From: a candidate division WS1 bacterium | GTDB taxonomy: Bacteria > Armatimonadota > Zipacnadia > Zipacnadales > UBA5352 | Assembly: GCA_012522765.1 (NCBI GenBank) | Contig: JAAYJW010000312.1 | Span: forward strand, 2,753 to 66,752 | DNA length: 64,000 nt | Direction: 5' to 3' | Shown: piece by piece, positions 47,097 through 56,896 of the stretch | How the letters are laid out: every line of letters begins with the position of its first letter | How positions within the stretch are numbered: the stretch's first letter is position 1 | Program-made: the position numbers and the translations under genes | The notes under the pieces: generated by a model | Told to the model about the DNA's origin: nothing | Databases searched by the model: none | What the model saw: the letters and a program-made list of their open reading frames with translations, nothing else

Positions 47097-50054
47097 ATGC
47101 AGCGATGGATGTTGATCCTTGCGGCGCTGTCGGCGGTCGCCACGGTAGACGCGGCCGACGTGGCTCTGGTCCACGCGACATTCTCGCTGGAGAAGCACCC
47201 CGAGGCCGGGATCGACACCTACTACGAAGTAGTCAAGCGAGGCCTCGATCTGAGCGCTATCGACTACGACATAGTCACTGATGAGCAGATAGTCAACGGG
47301 GCGTTGGAGGGGCATCTGCTGGCGATCTTCCCCTACGCCACCGAGACGAACCCCGAACACACGCAGGCGATCCTCGACTACGTTGACGGCGGCGGCAACG
47401 TGCTGTGGTTCTTCACCGTGCGGGAGCCGCTTCAGGAGATGCTGGGCATGCGCAAGCTGACCTACCGGCGCAATGAATATGAGGGACAGCTTCAAACGAT
47501 GCAGTTTGCCGCAGATGCCCCGCCGGGATTTCCGGCACAGGTGCGGCAGGAGTCGCGAAGCTGCTATCAGGCGACGGAGTTGACTGAGGGTGCGCGGGTG
47601 CTGGCGGACTGGCTCGATGCGGAGGGAAAGAGCACCGGCACTCCGGCGGTGGTGATGACCGATCATTCCGTCTGGGTGGCGCATGTGCTCTGGCGCGAGG
47701 CGGATGGCGCGGCTCAGCAGCACCTGCTGCTCGCGACGATCGGGCACTTCGTCCCCGGTACATGGGAGCGCGCAGTCGAGGGAGCCCTCGGCGGCGGCGT
47801 GGTTGATACAGAGTTTGAGAGTTTCGATGCACTGGTGGCTGATCTGCGCGAGCACCCGCAGGCTGGTGCGATGGCGGCCGAAGCGGCGCTGCGGGCCAAG
47901 CAGGCGCGGGAGGCGCTCGGTCAGCAGCAGTACGCTGAGGCGCTGTCGCGGGCGACTGAGGCGGCTGCGGGCGCCCAACAGGCAGTCGCGGCAAGCTTCC
48001 CATCGCGGCCGCATGAGCTTCGCGGCGTGTGGATGGGCTTCCCGCAAGATGACATGGACTGGGACGCGTTGATGCAGCGGCTGCGTGCCGCGAACTTCAA
48101 CGCGGTCTTCCCGAACATGTGCACCCCCGGCGCGGCGGCATACCCGAGCGAGGTGCTGCCGCAGATCACCGAGCGCGATCACTTGAGCGAGTGCATCGAG
48201 TCCGCGCATCGCAACGGCATCGAGGTTCATCCGTGGCGGGGCAACTGGCAGGTCTACCGCGCCGCGGAAGGCGTTTCTGAGCGCTTCTTCGAGGAGGGCC
48301 GCTATGTGCTCTCAGTCGAGCAGGCGATGGGGCAGGAGGAGCAGGATCAGAATTACCGCTGGAGTCGCCGCTGGTTGGACCCCTCGGATGAGCGGAACCG
48401 GCAGCTTGAGATCGCGGCGATGGAGGAGATGGCGCGCAACTTCGCCGTGGACGGAATTCACTACGACTTCATGCGTTACCCGTCAAGCCGCTACTGCTAC
48501 TGCGATCGCTGCCGTGAGCAGTTCGAGGCATGGGCGGGGGTTGAGGTCGCGAACTGGCCCGCGGACTGCTGGGAGGGCGGGGGGCATCTCGCGCGCTACC
48601 GCGACTGGCGGCGGCATCTGCTGACGAGTCTCGTGGCGGAGATACGGGAGAGGCTGGCGACGATCAAGCCCGATCTGCGGATCTCACTGGCCGCGCGCGC
48701 AAGCCTCAGCGGCGCCGTGGAGAGCGACGCGCAGGACTGGATCACCTGGTCGCATGAGGGCTACCTCGACTTCCTCTGCCCGATGGACTACACAGGTAGC
48801 GTTGAGCAGTTCGTGGCGAAGCTTGAGCCGCAGATGGGCGCAGTGGGCGGAGCGCTGCCGGTCTACGCCGGTATCGGCGTCAGTCAGACGCGCTCGGCGA
48901 GCGCCGCGAATCTGTCGCAGCAGATCATGCGCACACGGGAGCTTGGCGCGGACGGCTTCCTCATCTTCGCCCTCAGCGCGTTCTCGTCAGAGTTGATCGA
49001 CGCAATCGGCAAGGGCGCGACCTACGGGCCGGTGGATCGCCTCCCTCATCACGTTCAGGCCGCCTCCGCCCTCTTCAGCTACCCCGCCTCAGTCGCCGGG
49101 GCGGCGGAGCGAACGTACGTGCCGGATGCCGAGGTCGCCGTGACGATCAAACTCACAGCCACGGGCGAAGCCGTCCAGCAGATCACCGCACAGCCGACCA
49201 TCATGCCCGCCCGCGGTGGCGAGCAGGTTGAGCTTGCGCGCTATGGTAGCGCCGATGGGCGAACGCTTGAGCTAACGGCGGGGCTTCCGCGGGAGCCGGG
49301 CATATACAGCCTGATTGCGCGCGGCGAGGTGGTCTATGCGGACGGCCATGAGGAGCCGTTCCTGCTGCGCAGCCTGCCGATCACTGTGTTGAGCGAAGAG
49401 CAGCACGCCGAACTGCTGCAGCGGCTGGAGGCTCCGCGTTTCACGACCGACGCGCTGCATGTTGGCGTCGTGAGCGGCGGCTACGGGAGCGAGGGCATTC
49501 TGAGTGGTCTGGCGGATGCGGCGGGCATTGAGGCGTTGCCGCTGCACCGGCTTGACGATCAGTTCCTTAGAGCCTGCGATGTGGTGGTGCTGCCGCAAAT
49601 GCGCGACGGGGCACTGGCATTGTCCGCCGATGACGCTGCTGCGCTGCGGGAGTTCGTCCGCAGAGGAGGTGGGCTGCTGGTAACGCATGATGTGGTGGGG
49701 ACGCGTGGCTGGGAGGCGCTTTTCCCGGAGGTGGCTGTTGGACTGGAAGCTTTGCGCGAGACGGGGCTTCGGATGGCGGAAGGCCATCCGCTCCTGCGCG
49801 GAATGAGCGCAGGCGAGCAGTTCATTCACAGCTACTACGATCACGTTACGGTCCGGCCGGGAGAGGATGGAGTAGTGGTGGCGGCGAATGAGGCGGGAAC
49901 TCCGGTGGTGGTAGCGGGTGAGGTGGGTGTCGGGAGATATGTCGCATGGGGCATGGCGACGGGACTCGGCGCCGACAGCGGCGAAGTCGCGCCGGTGGGC
50001 GGTGAGATGCAGCTTCTATCAAACGCTCTGACGTGGTTGGGTGGAAGTGACTGA
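47097..50054 (+). CDS. Secreted multidomain protein with glycoside-hydrolase-like family 10 (GHL10/DUF4015) TIM-barrel and a C-terminal ThuA/GATase1-like domain
   Basis: Signal peptide. RGVWM...DMDWD...NFNAVFP...AH.NGIEVHPW GHL10 signature. C-terminal GGGLLVTHDVVG...HSYYDHVTVRPG. Confidence 0.65.
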   Translation: MQRWMLILAALSAVATVDAADVALVHATFSLEKHPEAGIDTYYEVVKRGLDLSAIDYDIVTDEQIVNGALEGHLLAIFPYATETNPEHTQAILDYVDGGGNVLWFFTVREPLQEMLGMRKLTYRRNEYEGQLQTMQFAADAPPGFPAQVRQESRSCYQATELTEGARVLADWLDAEGKSTGTPAVVMTDHSVWVAHVLWREADGAAQQHLLLATIGHFVPGTWERAVEGALGGGVVDTEFESFDALVADLREHPQAGAMAAEAALRAKQAREALGQQQYAEALSRATEAAAGAQQAVAASFPSRPHELRGVWMGFPQDDMDWDALMQRLRAANFNAVFPNMCTPGAAAYPSEVLPQITERDHLSECIESAHRNGIEVHPWRGNWQVYRAAEGVSERFFEEGRYVLSVEQAMGQEEQDQNYRWSRRWLDPSDERNRQLEIAAMEEMARNFAVDGIHYDFMRYPSSRYCYCDRCREQFEAWAGVEVANWPADCWEGGGHLARYRDWRRHLLTSLVAEIRERLATIKPDLRISLAARASLSGAVESDAQDWITWSHEGYLDFLCPMDYTGSVEQFVAKLEPQMGAVGGALPVYAGIGVSQTRSASAANLSQQIMRTRELGADGFLIFALSAFSSELIDAIGKGATYGPVDRLPHHVQAASALFSYPASVAGAAERTYVPDAEVAVTIKLTATGEAVQQITAQPTIMPARGGEQVELARYGSADGRTLELTAGLPREPGIYSLIARGEVVYADGHEEPFLLRSLPITVLSEEQHAELLQRLEAPRFTTDALHVGVVSGGYGSEGILSGLADAAGIEALPLHRLDDQFLRACDVVVLPQMRDGALALSADDAAALREFVRRGGGLLVTHDVVGTRGWEALFPEVAVGLEALRETGLRMAEGHPLLRGMSAGEQFIHSYYDHVTVRPGEDGVVVAANEAGTPVVVAGEVGVGRYVAWGMATGLGADSGEVAPVGGEMQLLSNALTWLGGSD

Positions 50055-50074
50055 CAACAACAGGAGGCCCAAAG

Positions 50075-52948
50075 ATGCGAAAGCTGATAGCGATCCTCTC
50101 GATTCTCGCAGTGGCAGGCACGGCATGGGCTGCGACGACGAGCACCTGGGAAGACATGATTCCCACGCCCAAGAAGATTGATGTGAGCGAAGAGCGCTGG
50201 ATATTGTCGCTCGGCGAGCGGACGCAGGCGCAGATAATCGTTCCGCCACGCCAGCCGCAGGCGATGATCAGCGCTGAGGAGATCAACCAGCGGATGGGCG
50301 AACTTGGCGCCGCTCCGCTGCCGGTGATTGAGTCAGACGATCCGGCGGCGCTGGATTCGCAGGCGATCTCGATCGTCATCAGCAAGTGCTACGGCAGTGA
50401 TCTTGCCGAGGCGATCATTGCTGAGTGTGACATCGACATCACGCGCGATGATCCCGGCGAGCAGGGGTACGTAGTGGAGTTCGTGCGCTTCCGCGGCTCG
50501 CGTGTGATCGCGCTGCTTGGCAGCGATCCGCAGGGCGCGCTCTATGCCGCCGTCACGATGCGCTACCTGATGGAGGGTGGCGACAACGGAGTTGCGGCTG
50601 CGGAGGCATCCGTCCGCGACTGGCCCGACTTTAAGTGGCGCGGAACAACCTGCCTGCAGCAGGCAAAGAGCAGCTATCCCGCCTACGGCTTGAAGGACGA
50701 TGAGTACGTGGACGCACTGAAGCAGCAGGTTGACTGGATGCTGCGCGCCAAGCTCAACTTCATGGGCGACTTTCTGTATGGCCGTGAGGATGCCATGGAC
50801 TGGATTGATGCTCGCTGGGTGACCCAACTTAATGCCTACGCCCGCCAGCGCGGCATCATCGGGGAGGAGTATCAGAGCACGCATGTCGGCTACGATGAGC
50901 GTGACGCCGGTGATCCTCGTTTCGAGGGCATGATGCACACCCGCAACCTCTACTTCACCTGGAGCGATGACGAACTGCTCCGCAAGCGCGCCCGAGAGAT
51001 CGGTGAAGTGTATGAGAAACTTAACTTGGGCGTCGTCGTGCTGCACTGCCCCGATGGCGGCGGGCCTGTCAACCCCGAGATGTGGGAGAACCGCTCGGAG
51101 GCGGATCGCGCCCGCTGGGGCAATGACCGTGCCTCCGCCGATGCGCATGTCTTCAACATCTTCTACGAAGAGATCAAGCGCATCAACCCTGACATGAAGG
51201 TCGTCTTCGTGATCTACCCCTACAACGCGCAGTATCTCGACTGGGATATGCTCAAACCCATCTACCCGGATATGACGCGGGAGCAGTTCAACGCCGCAGG
51301 GCGCGACTACTGGGCGGACCTGGGGCCGAAGCTGCCGAAGGACGCGGGCATCTGCGTCTGGCTTGGCGAGCCGCAGTACATGGACGTCTTCCGTGAGTCA
51401 TTCGGGGAGATGCCCATGTACTACTGGTACAAGCTCGCCTCCGGCTGGGTGGATGCTGGCTGGCTGATCACCACGCTGCGCTACATCCCGACAAACTACT
51501 ACGACCATCCCGGCGACATCATGGCGGTGCGGATAGACCGCAACTTCCCGAACTACATCAACCGCCTGATCGCCTGCCAGTTCGCATGGAACAGTGATTC
51601 TGAGGGCGCCGAGGACTTCAGCGGCAACTACTACGACTTCCGCAAGGACAATGATGAGCCTGAGGTGGTAGTTGAGCGCTGGGGCGAGCTTGCCTGCCGG
51701 CACATGTGGGGGCCGGAGGTCGGGCCGGTGATGCACGAGGTGTACAACAAGGGCGTCATACCGGCGATGATCGTCAACCCGTCGCGGCTGCTCAACGATG
51801 TGAACAAGTCGCGCCGCCGCACGGGGCTTGAGCCGCTGGAGCTTACACCCGAGCAGATGCTGGGGCAGGCGGAGGGCTGCGAGGCAGCGGCAGCGGCACT
51901 GGAGACCCTCCTTGGCACCGAACAGCTCGCGGAGATGGACGAGATGGGCGAGCGCCTCTTCGTCTACTATCTGCGCCGCACCAACTGCCTCGGCGCGTAT
52001 GCCCGGGCACATTACCACCTGCTGCAGGCGCAGAAGGCGCTGGCGAATGGTGACGGGACGGAGTTGGAGCGGCAGGTCGCGGAGGGGCTGCACGCGCTGG
52101 ACGCGGGCCTTGAGAAGATGGCACGGGTGATGGAGATCACCTCCACGATGCGCGCGTATGACGTGAAATTCCACCGACAGGCCGCAAACGGCATCTTCCC
52201 GGCCATCCCCGGCACCGATGCCGACTTCCCGCGGATGCGCGAGTCACTCGAGGCGGTCATTCGCCGATGGCAGGATGCGCAACTGCAGTTCGAGCCGATC
52301 TCCCACGAGGGTCCGGTGCGAGTGGCGATCTACGATCCAAGCGGCGATGGCGGCACCGCAATCGGGCACCAGGGCTGGATGGAGACGCTGAAGACCGATG
52401 ATGGCGTCGTCGCGGAGTTCATCAATGACCTGAGCCTGTCGAACCTCGTGAAGTACGAGGTGCTGCTCTACCCGCAGGCTTCCAGCGGGCGCAGCGTGAG
52501 CCGCTACGAGTACTTCGAGGTGCTCAAGCGCTACGTGGAGGAAGCCGGTGGCGGCGTCATGTTCGGCCACCACCAGGTTGGGCACGATCGCGCTGAGTTC
52601 GGGATGGAGGTCACCTTCCCGCTGATCGGCGCGGGCTCCATCGATCGCCCGGATGCATACGACGTGGTGGTCGCCGGCGACCATCCGATCACTGAGGGAC
52701 TCGCAGCCGGTCAGACCTACCAGCACGTCTACTACGACCACTTCACCGTCAAACCCGGCCGCAAGGGCGTCGTCATCCTCAAGGACACCGGCGGCGACCC
52801 GGTGATGGTGGCCGGTCAGCAGGGCAAGGGCCGCGTGATCTACGACGGGCAGATCATCCTCAGCGACGTCTCAGGCACCGTGACGGCTGAGGGCACCGAG
52901 CGCGATGTCTTCCTCAGCGCAGTGAGGTGGATGGCGCACAGGAAGTAG
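50075..52948 (+). CDS. Secreted protein with GH20-like N-terminal region and a C-terminal ThuA/GATase1-like domain paralogous to the previous gene
   Basis: Signal peptide. VRDWPDFKWRG (GH20/GH84-like D.P.F..RG). C-terminal GGGVMFGHHQVGH...HVYYDHFTVKPG. Confidence 0.5.
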   Translation: MRKLIAILSILAVAGTAWAATTSTWEDMIPTPKKIDVSEERWILSLGERTQAQIIVPPRQPQAMISAEEINQRMGELGAAPLPVIESDDPAALDSQAISIVISKCYGSDLAEAIIAECDIDITRDDPGEQGYVVEFVRFRGSRVIALLGSDPQGALYAAVTMRYLMEGGDNGVAAAEASVRDWPDFKWRGTTCLQQAKSSYPAYGLKDDEYVDALKQQVDWMLRAKLNFMGDFLYGREDAMDWIDARWVTQLNAYARQRGIIGEEYQSTHVGYDERDAGDPRFEGMMHTRNLYFTWSDDELLRKRAREIGEVYEKLNLGVVVLHCPDGGGPVNPEMWENRSEADRARWGNDRASADAHVFNIFYEEIKRINPDMKVVFVIYPYNAQYLDWDMLKPIYPDMTREQFNAAGRDYWADLGPKLPKDAGICVWLGEPQYMDVFRESFGEMPMYYWYKLASGWVDAGWLITTLRYIPTNYYDHPGDIMAVRIDRNFPNYINRLIACQFAWNSDSEGAEDFSGNYYDFRKDNDEPEVVVERWGELACRHMWGPEVGPVMHEVYNKGVIPAMIVNPSRLLNDVNKSRRRTGLEPLELTPEQMLGQAEGCEAAAAALETLLGTEQLAEMDEMGERLFVYYLRRTNCLGAYARAHYHLLQAQKALANGDGTELERQVAEGLHALDAGLEKMARVMEITSTMRAYDVKFHRQAANGIFPAIPGTDADFPRMRESLEAVIRRWQDAQLQFEPISHEGPVRVAIYDPSGDGGTAIGHQGWMETLKTDDGVVAEFINDLSLSNLVKYEVLLYPQASSGRSVSRYEYFEVLKRYVEEAGGGVMFGHHQVGHDRAEFGMEVTFPLIGAGSIDRPDAYDVVVAGDHPITEGLAAGQTYQHVYYDHFTVKPGRKGVVILKDTGGDPVMVAGQQGKGRVIYDGQIILSDVSGTVTAEGTERDVFLSAVRWMAHRK

Positions 52949-52999
52949 CGGGCGAGACGACTGGCGATCCTTGCGACGCTCGCGGGCGCTGCGCTGCTG

Positions 53000-53767
53000 T
53001 TGAGCGCCTGGCGCAGCGCCTCATGGCTGGCGGCGACCGACCGGCGATTCCTGCCGGCGGTCGCCGCCTGTCTCGTCGTGATCGGCGCGTGGTTCTACGG
53101 CTACGAACGCACCTACCTCGCCCTGCGGCTCATCACCTGGGATGACGCGATCTTCTTCGACCGACTGCCGCTCTACGTCGCGATCGTGATGCTGCTGTCC
53201 CTGTGCATCCGGCGCCTCGAACGTGAGACGATGCGCAGACTCGTGACCGTCATCGTCGCCATCTTCGCGATGTATGCCCTCGCGGAGTTGGCGGCGCCCA
53301 TCCCGCTGCCGCTCTTCGCGGATGAGCTGAGCGGAGCCACCGACGGCCCGGCGGAGGTGACGCAATCCACCGGCTGGTCCTGCGGGGCGGCGGCACTCGC
53401 GTGGGCTACGCGGCTGCATGGTGTCCCCGCCTCTGAGCGGCAGATGGCCGAACTGGCCGTCACCGCGCCTCTGCGCGGGACGAGCACTCGCGGAATGCTG
53501 CGCGCGCTCCATCGGGTTGGTCTCGAGGCGCAAGCGATTAAGCCGGCGAGTTGGGAGGACCTCGACGACATCCCCGGCCCCGCGCTGATCGGCTGGAAGC
53601 TGACCCCGACCGTCGCCCATGCGGCGGTGTTGCTGGCAGTCGAAGGGGATGAGGTGATCGTCGGCGATCCGCTGTGTGGTCAGATGCGCTACGAGCGGGA
53701 AGAGTTCATGCAGCGATGGCTTCGCGACTTGATCGTCATTAGCGCGCCAGACAAGACTTCTTCCTGA
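53000..53767 (+). CDS. Membrane-anchored standalone peptidase C39-like domain protein
   Basis: Three or four N-terminal TM helices, then Q-x5-CG (VTQSTGWSCGAAALA) and a His motif (VAHAAVLLAVEGDEVIVGDP). TTG start; CTG upstream is possible. Confidence 0.55.
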   Translation: MSAWRSASWLAATDRRFLPAVAACLVVIGAWFYGYERTYLALRLITWDDAIFFDRLPLYVAIVMLLSLCIRRLERETMRRLVTVIVAIFAMYALAELAAPIPLPLFADELSGATDGPAEVTQSTGWSCGAAALAWATRLHGVPASERQMAELAVTAPLRGTSTRGMLRALHRVGLEAQAIKPASWEDLDDIPGPALIGWKLTPTVAHAAVLLAVEGDEVIVGDPLCGQMRYEREEFMQRWLRDLIVISAPDKTSS

Positions 53768-53874
53768 TCATGTGTGGGCGCTTGCCGAGCACGAATGGTC
53801 GGCAACTGCGCGCTGCCCGGGGCGTCAGTACGGCCACAACGGGACGTAGCCGCCATGCGCACTGACAGTCGGCC

Positions 53875-54654
53875 TCACTCGATCCCGAGCGCCTCAGCGA
53901 CATTGTCGCGCAACACCCGGCGCTGCGTCTCGGCGCTGACACCATGCTCGTCCATCAGCCCACGGTAGCGATCCAGCAGCGGAGCGAACCCCTGCGGGTT
54001 CCCCTCAGATCCGATGACAAGCTTGCCCCAGTGCGCTTCATCGCGCAGTAGTTCGTCCCACGGCTGCAGCGTCGGCTGACTGGCAGGCAGTCCGCAGATG
54101 TCGAAGTATATGCCGGGGTGGATCTTCATGAGGCTGGCCGCATGCCAGGTGTCGGGATAGCCGAGATGCGCGCCCCAGATCGTCAGGTCCGGGAAGCAGC
54201 GGGCGATGCGATCCAGCGTGAGCGGCATCATGAAGCGCGAGGAGACGTTCCAGCGGTCGTGCTCGGGAATGAAGCGGGCGCTGATGCCGGTATGAAAGAG
54301 GATCGGCATTCGAAGCTCCTCCGCCGCCTCATAAACCGGAAAGAACTCCTCCGAATCGTACATGTCTCGCGGGTACTGCGTCTTAAGCGCCCGGAAGCCC
54401 GCGCTGTGCCAGGCGCGAACATCCTCGGCAGTCTCCTCGCCGAGGTGTATGAACGCCAGCGGAATGATGCGATCCGGATGTGCCTCAGCAGCGGCCATGA
54501 CCCCGTCGTTGCCATGCTGGCGCCAGCGCTCCCCGCCGCCGTTGAGGCACAGCCACTCCACGCCCGCCTCCGTGGCGCCTTCGAGCATCTGCTCGAGGAA
54601 GCCGTCCCGAAGCTGATAGTGGCAGTGGTTGTCAATTATCCCGAAGCTCGCCAT
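53875..54654 (-). CDS. Amidohydrolase-2 family TIM-barrel hydrolase
   Basis: IIDNHCHY N-terminal metal-binding motif. Confidence 0.7.
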   Translation of the reverse strand: MASFGIIDNHCHYQLRDGFLEQMLEGATEAGVEWLCLNGGGERWRQHGNDGVMAAAEAHPDRIIPLAFIHLGEETAEDVRAWHSAGFRALKTQYPRDMYDSEEFFPVYEAAEELRMPILFHTGISARFIPEHDRWNVSSRFMMPLTLDRIARCFPDLTIWGAHLGYPDTWHAASLMKIHPGIYFDICGLPASQPTLQPWDELLRDEAHWGKLVIGSEGNPQGFAPLLDRYRGLMDEHGVSAETQRRVLRDNVAEALGIE

Positions 54655-54939
54655 CGATTCTGCACCTGTCCTTCAGTTGCAGCCGCCACGCGATTTGAGT
54701 GGCTCCACTTATCTGCTCCATGCGCCGCAGAAGTTTCTTCTGAGTACAAGTCATTCCTCCCCGCGACCTGATCTCCCAGGCGCGATCGTACCCGGCGCCG
54801 CGGGGCGGGAATGGCATGCCATTTGCGAGGAGGAATAGTCCGCTTGATCAGGGAACTCAGCGCAGCACCTACAGCGGAGGTCCGTGCCTAACGCCTCAGG
54901 CGGCCTCTCCGTCCATCTTCCGTCCGGGAAGGACCACGT

Positions 54940-56562
54940 ATGCTCAAGTTGGCTGTCGGCCGCAACATGTCTGTTCTCGTGTTCATCATCATGGCGCACG
55001 CTGCTCTACCTGTCGCGGCACAGGGGCCTGACGCCGCCCAGCAGGGGCTTGAGATGATGGCCTCGATGATGCCGGTCTCACCGTGGAGCTTCTACCCGGA
55101 CGACCAGGTGCTGGCGGACTTCTCCGGGACCGTCACGATCTCCTTCGGCGCCTCAGGCAACATGGCGCTGCCGAAAGACAACGACGGTGGGGAGACAAAG
55201 TGCAGCGCCGACCTCTCCGCCAGCCTGGTATACACCACCATGAACGGCCATGAGCAGACGAGCACCACGGCCGCGGGACGGATCATCGAGACGTACTTCC
55301 GGCGGGCTGAGGGCGTGGATGCGCCCGGCCACATGTATGAGCCCCCGCGGCGCGAGCGCCACGTCACGCGATACACGGGGCCTTCAGATAACACTCCGAT
55401 CCACATCGTCAACCTGCACTTCAGCCGCAGCATGAAGCTGGCGTCCTTTCAGATGCAGATCGGGCAGGTGGATGTCGGCCGCAGTCAGATCAGCCACCTC
55501 ACGCTGATGCGCGACAGCAAGATCAACGAAGATCCTCCCGATCGCTCGCAACTGGACGACATCGCGCTCTTCTTCAGCCTCCCGCCGCATGGGACCTCGG
55601 GCTCGCGCTGGGCGCAGCTAATGCGCGGCCGGCCCTCGGCGATGCCGTGGGCCGGCCCGTTCTACTACGAGTCGTCCAGCGCCAACGGCGCGACTTCGGG
55701 CAGCGCGACCTTCAAGGCCTTCTTCCATGGCGGCATGTGGGCGACACGCGAGCAGTGGGAGACTATGGGGCAGGACCCGGGCGAGGAGCCGATCTGGCCC
55801 GACGACATCTTCTGGCCGGGCAAGATGACAGTACGCTGGAGCTTCGTGACGAAGAGCGATCCGGGCGAGATGACCATCGCGCCTGAAACGCCCACGCTTT
55901 ACGAGCAGTGGATCCCCGCTCCCATGCCGGGCGACGATGACGTGACGGTCGCGCCACTCGTGCAGGGCGGGCAGACGGCTCAGCCGCCCGCAGTCGCGCC
56001 ACTCGTGCGGCCGGATGAGAACGCGGTCCCGACCATCTTCGGCCCCGCAGGTCCGCTGTACGTCACCGCGCGCATCAAGCCGCGGCAGGGACAGAACGAC
56101 CCGCCGAAGGGGCGCATCCACTTCCACCTGAGCGACGTGACGCGAAATCCGGGGACCTGCAACGACCTCGGCGAGGAGACCGATCCGGACCTCTACTTCG
56201 TGGAGATGCCCGGCGTGACAGTCTCCGGCGACGGTCAGCACGCCTACACTGAGAATTACGTGGGTGAATTGACGGTCGGCGTGGCCGCGCGCGATACCGG
56301 CGCATGGGGCGTGGTGCAGGCGAGTTGCGATGACCTCGGGCTGCTCGCGCGCGACGAGCGGACTGGGCGTCACGGGCTGGTCATCCCGCTGGATGACAAT
56401 CAGAACCGGACGTCAGATGCGTGGGATCGCGAGTTCGGCATCCGCGACAGCCTCTCGACGGATGATGAGGACAACGATGGCTGGACGCTCTACGAGGAGT
56501 ACCGCGGCTTCTGGACGGACACGGGCTTCATTCGGACGAATCCGCGGGTGGCGGATCGGTAG
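54940..56562 (+). CDS. Secreted hypothetical protein with an acidic D-rich C-terminal calcium-binding-like motif
   Basis: Signal peptide. No recognisable catalytic motifs. C-terminal DDEDNDGWTLYEEY. Confidence 0.45.
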   Translation: MLKLAVGRNMSVLVFIIMAHAALPVAAQGPDAAQQGLEMMASMMPVSPWSFYPDDQVLADFSGTVTISFGASGNMALPKDNDGGETKCSADLSASLVYTTMNGHEQTSTTAAGRIIETYFRRAEGVDAPGHMYEPPRRERHVTRYTGPSDNTPIHIVNLHFSRSMKLASFQMQIGQVDVGRSQISHLTLMRDSKINEDPPDRSQLDDIALFFSLPPHGTSGSRWAQLMRGRPSAMPWAGPFYYESSSANGATSGSATFKAFFHGGMWATREQWETMGQDPGEEPIWPDDIFWPGKMTVRWSFVTKSDPGEMTIAPETPTLYEQWIPAPMPGDDDVTVAPLVQGGQTAQPPAVAPLVRPDENAVPTIFGPAGPLYVTARIKPRQGQNDPPKGRIHFHLSDVTRNPGTCNDLGEETDPDLYFVEMPGVTVSGDGQHAYTENYVGELTVGVAARDTGAWGVVQASCDDLGLLARDERTGRHGLVIPLDDNQNRTSDAWDREFGIRDSLSTDDEDNDGWTLYEEYRGFWTDTGFIRTNPRVADR

Positions 56563-56614
56563 ACGCTGCGGACGGATCGTCAACGACAAAGCCAACGGCA
56601 TTGGTAACAGGGTT

Positions 56615-56841
56615 CGGCGCTGGCGCGCCGGACAGGATGGCGGCTTCGCCGCCAGCAGGACACGACACAGGCAACGACTACGGCTTCAAGGGCGAGGGAT
56701 AGCGCGGCCAAAGTCTTGGATGCGATGACAGCATCAGCCGTCGCGGTTTCCTTTGAAGTAATCGTCGTCACCTGTGACGTTTCCTGTTCCGGCGCCCAGC
56801 GCCGGATCCTGTCCGGGTGCGCCAGCGCCCGGAATCCTGTT
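56615..56841. repeat. Imperfect ~25-bp inverted repeats (GGCGCTGGCGC...CCGGACAGGAT) about 170 bp apart, plus GC hairpins and a 7-bp ATCCTGT direct repeat in a convergent intergenic spacer
   Basis: Copy 1 at 56615-56638. Reverse-complement copy at 56806-56831. Hairpins CCGGCGC-cca-GCGCCGG (56789-56805) and TCCGGGTGC-gcca-GCGCCCGGA. ATCCTGT occurs at 56806-56812 and 56834-56840. Confidence 0.3.
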
Positions 56842-56896
56842 AAGCAAGCCGTTGCCGTATTAGTCGGGCATTATGCCCCGCCCGCTCCTGTGCTTG

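Noticed and set aside
46968-48230. 420-aa minus-strand ORF
   Set aside because: Antisense to alr and the GHL10 gene, both of which have clear family signatures.
53021-53620. 199-aa minus-strand R/G/D-rich ORF
   Set aside because: Antisense to the C39-domain gene, which has TM helices and catalytic motifs. The minus-strand product is low complexity.
56615-56841. Insertion sequence/MITE
   Set aside because: No transposase ORF, and the repeats are short and imperfect. Reported as a repeat or hairpin spacer instead.
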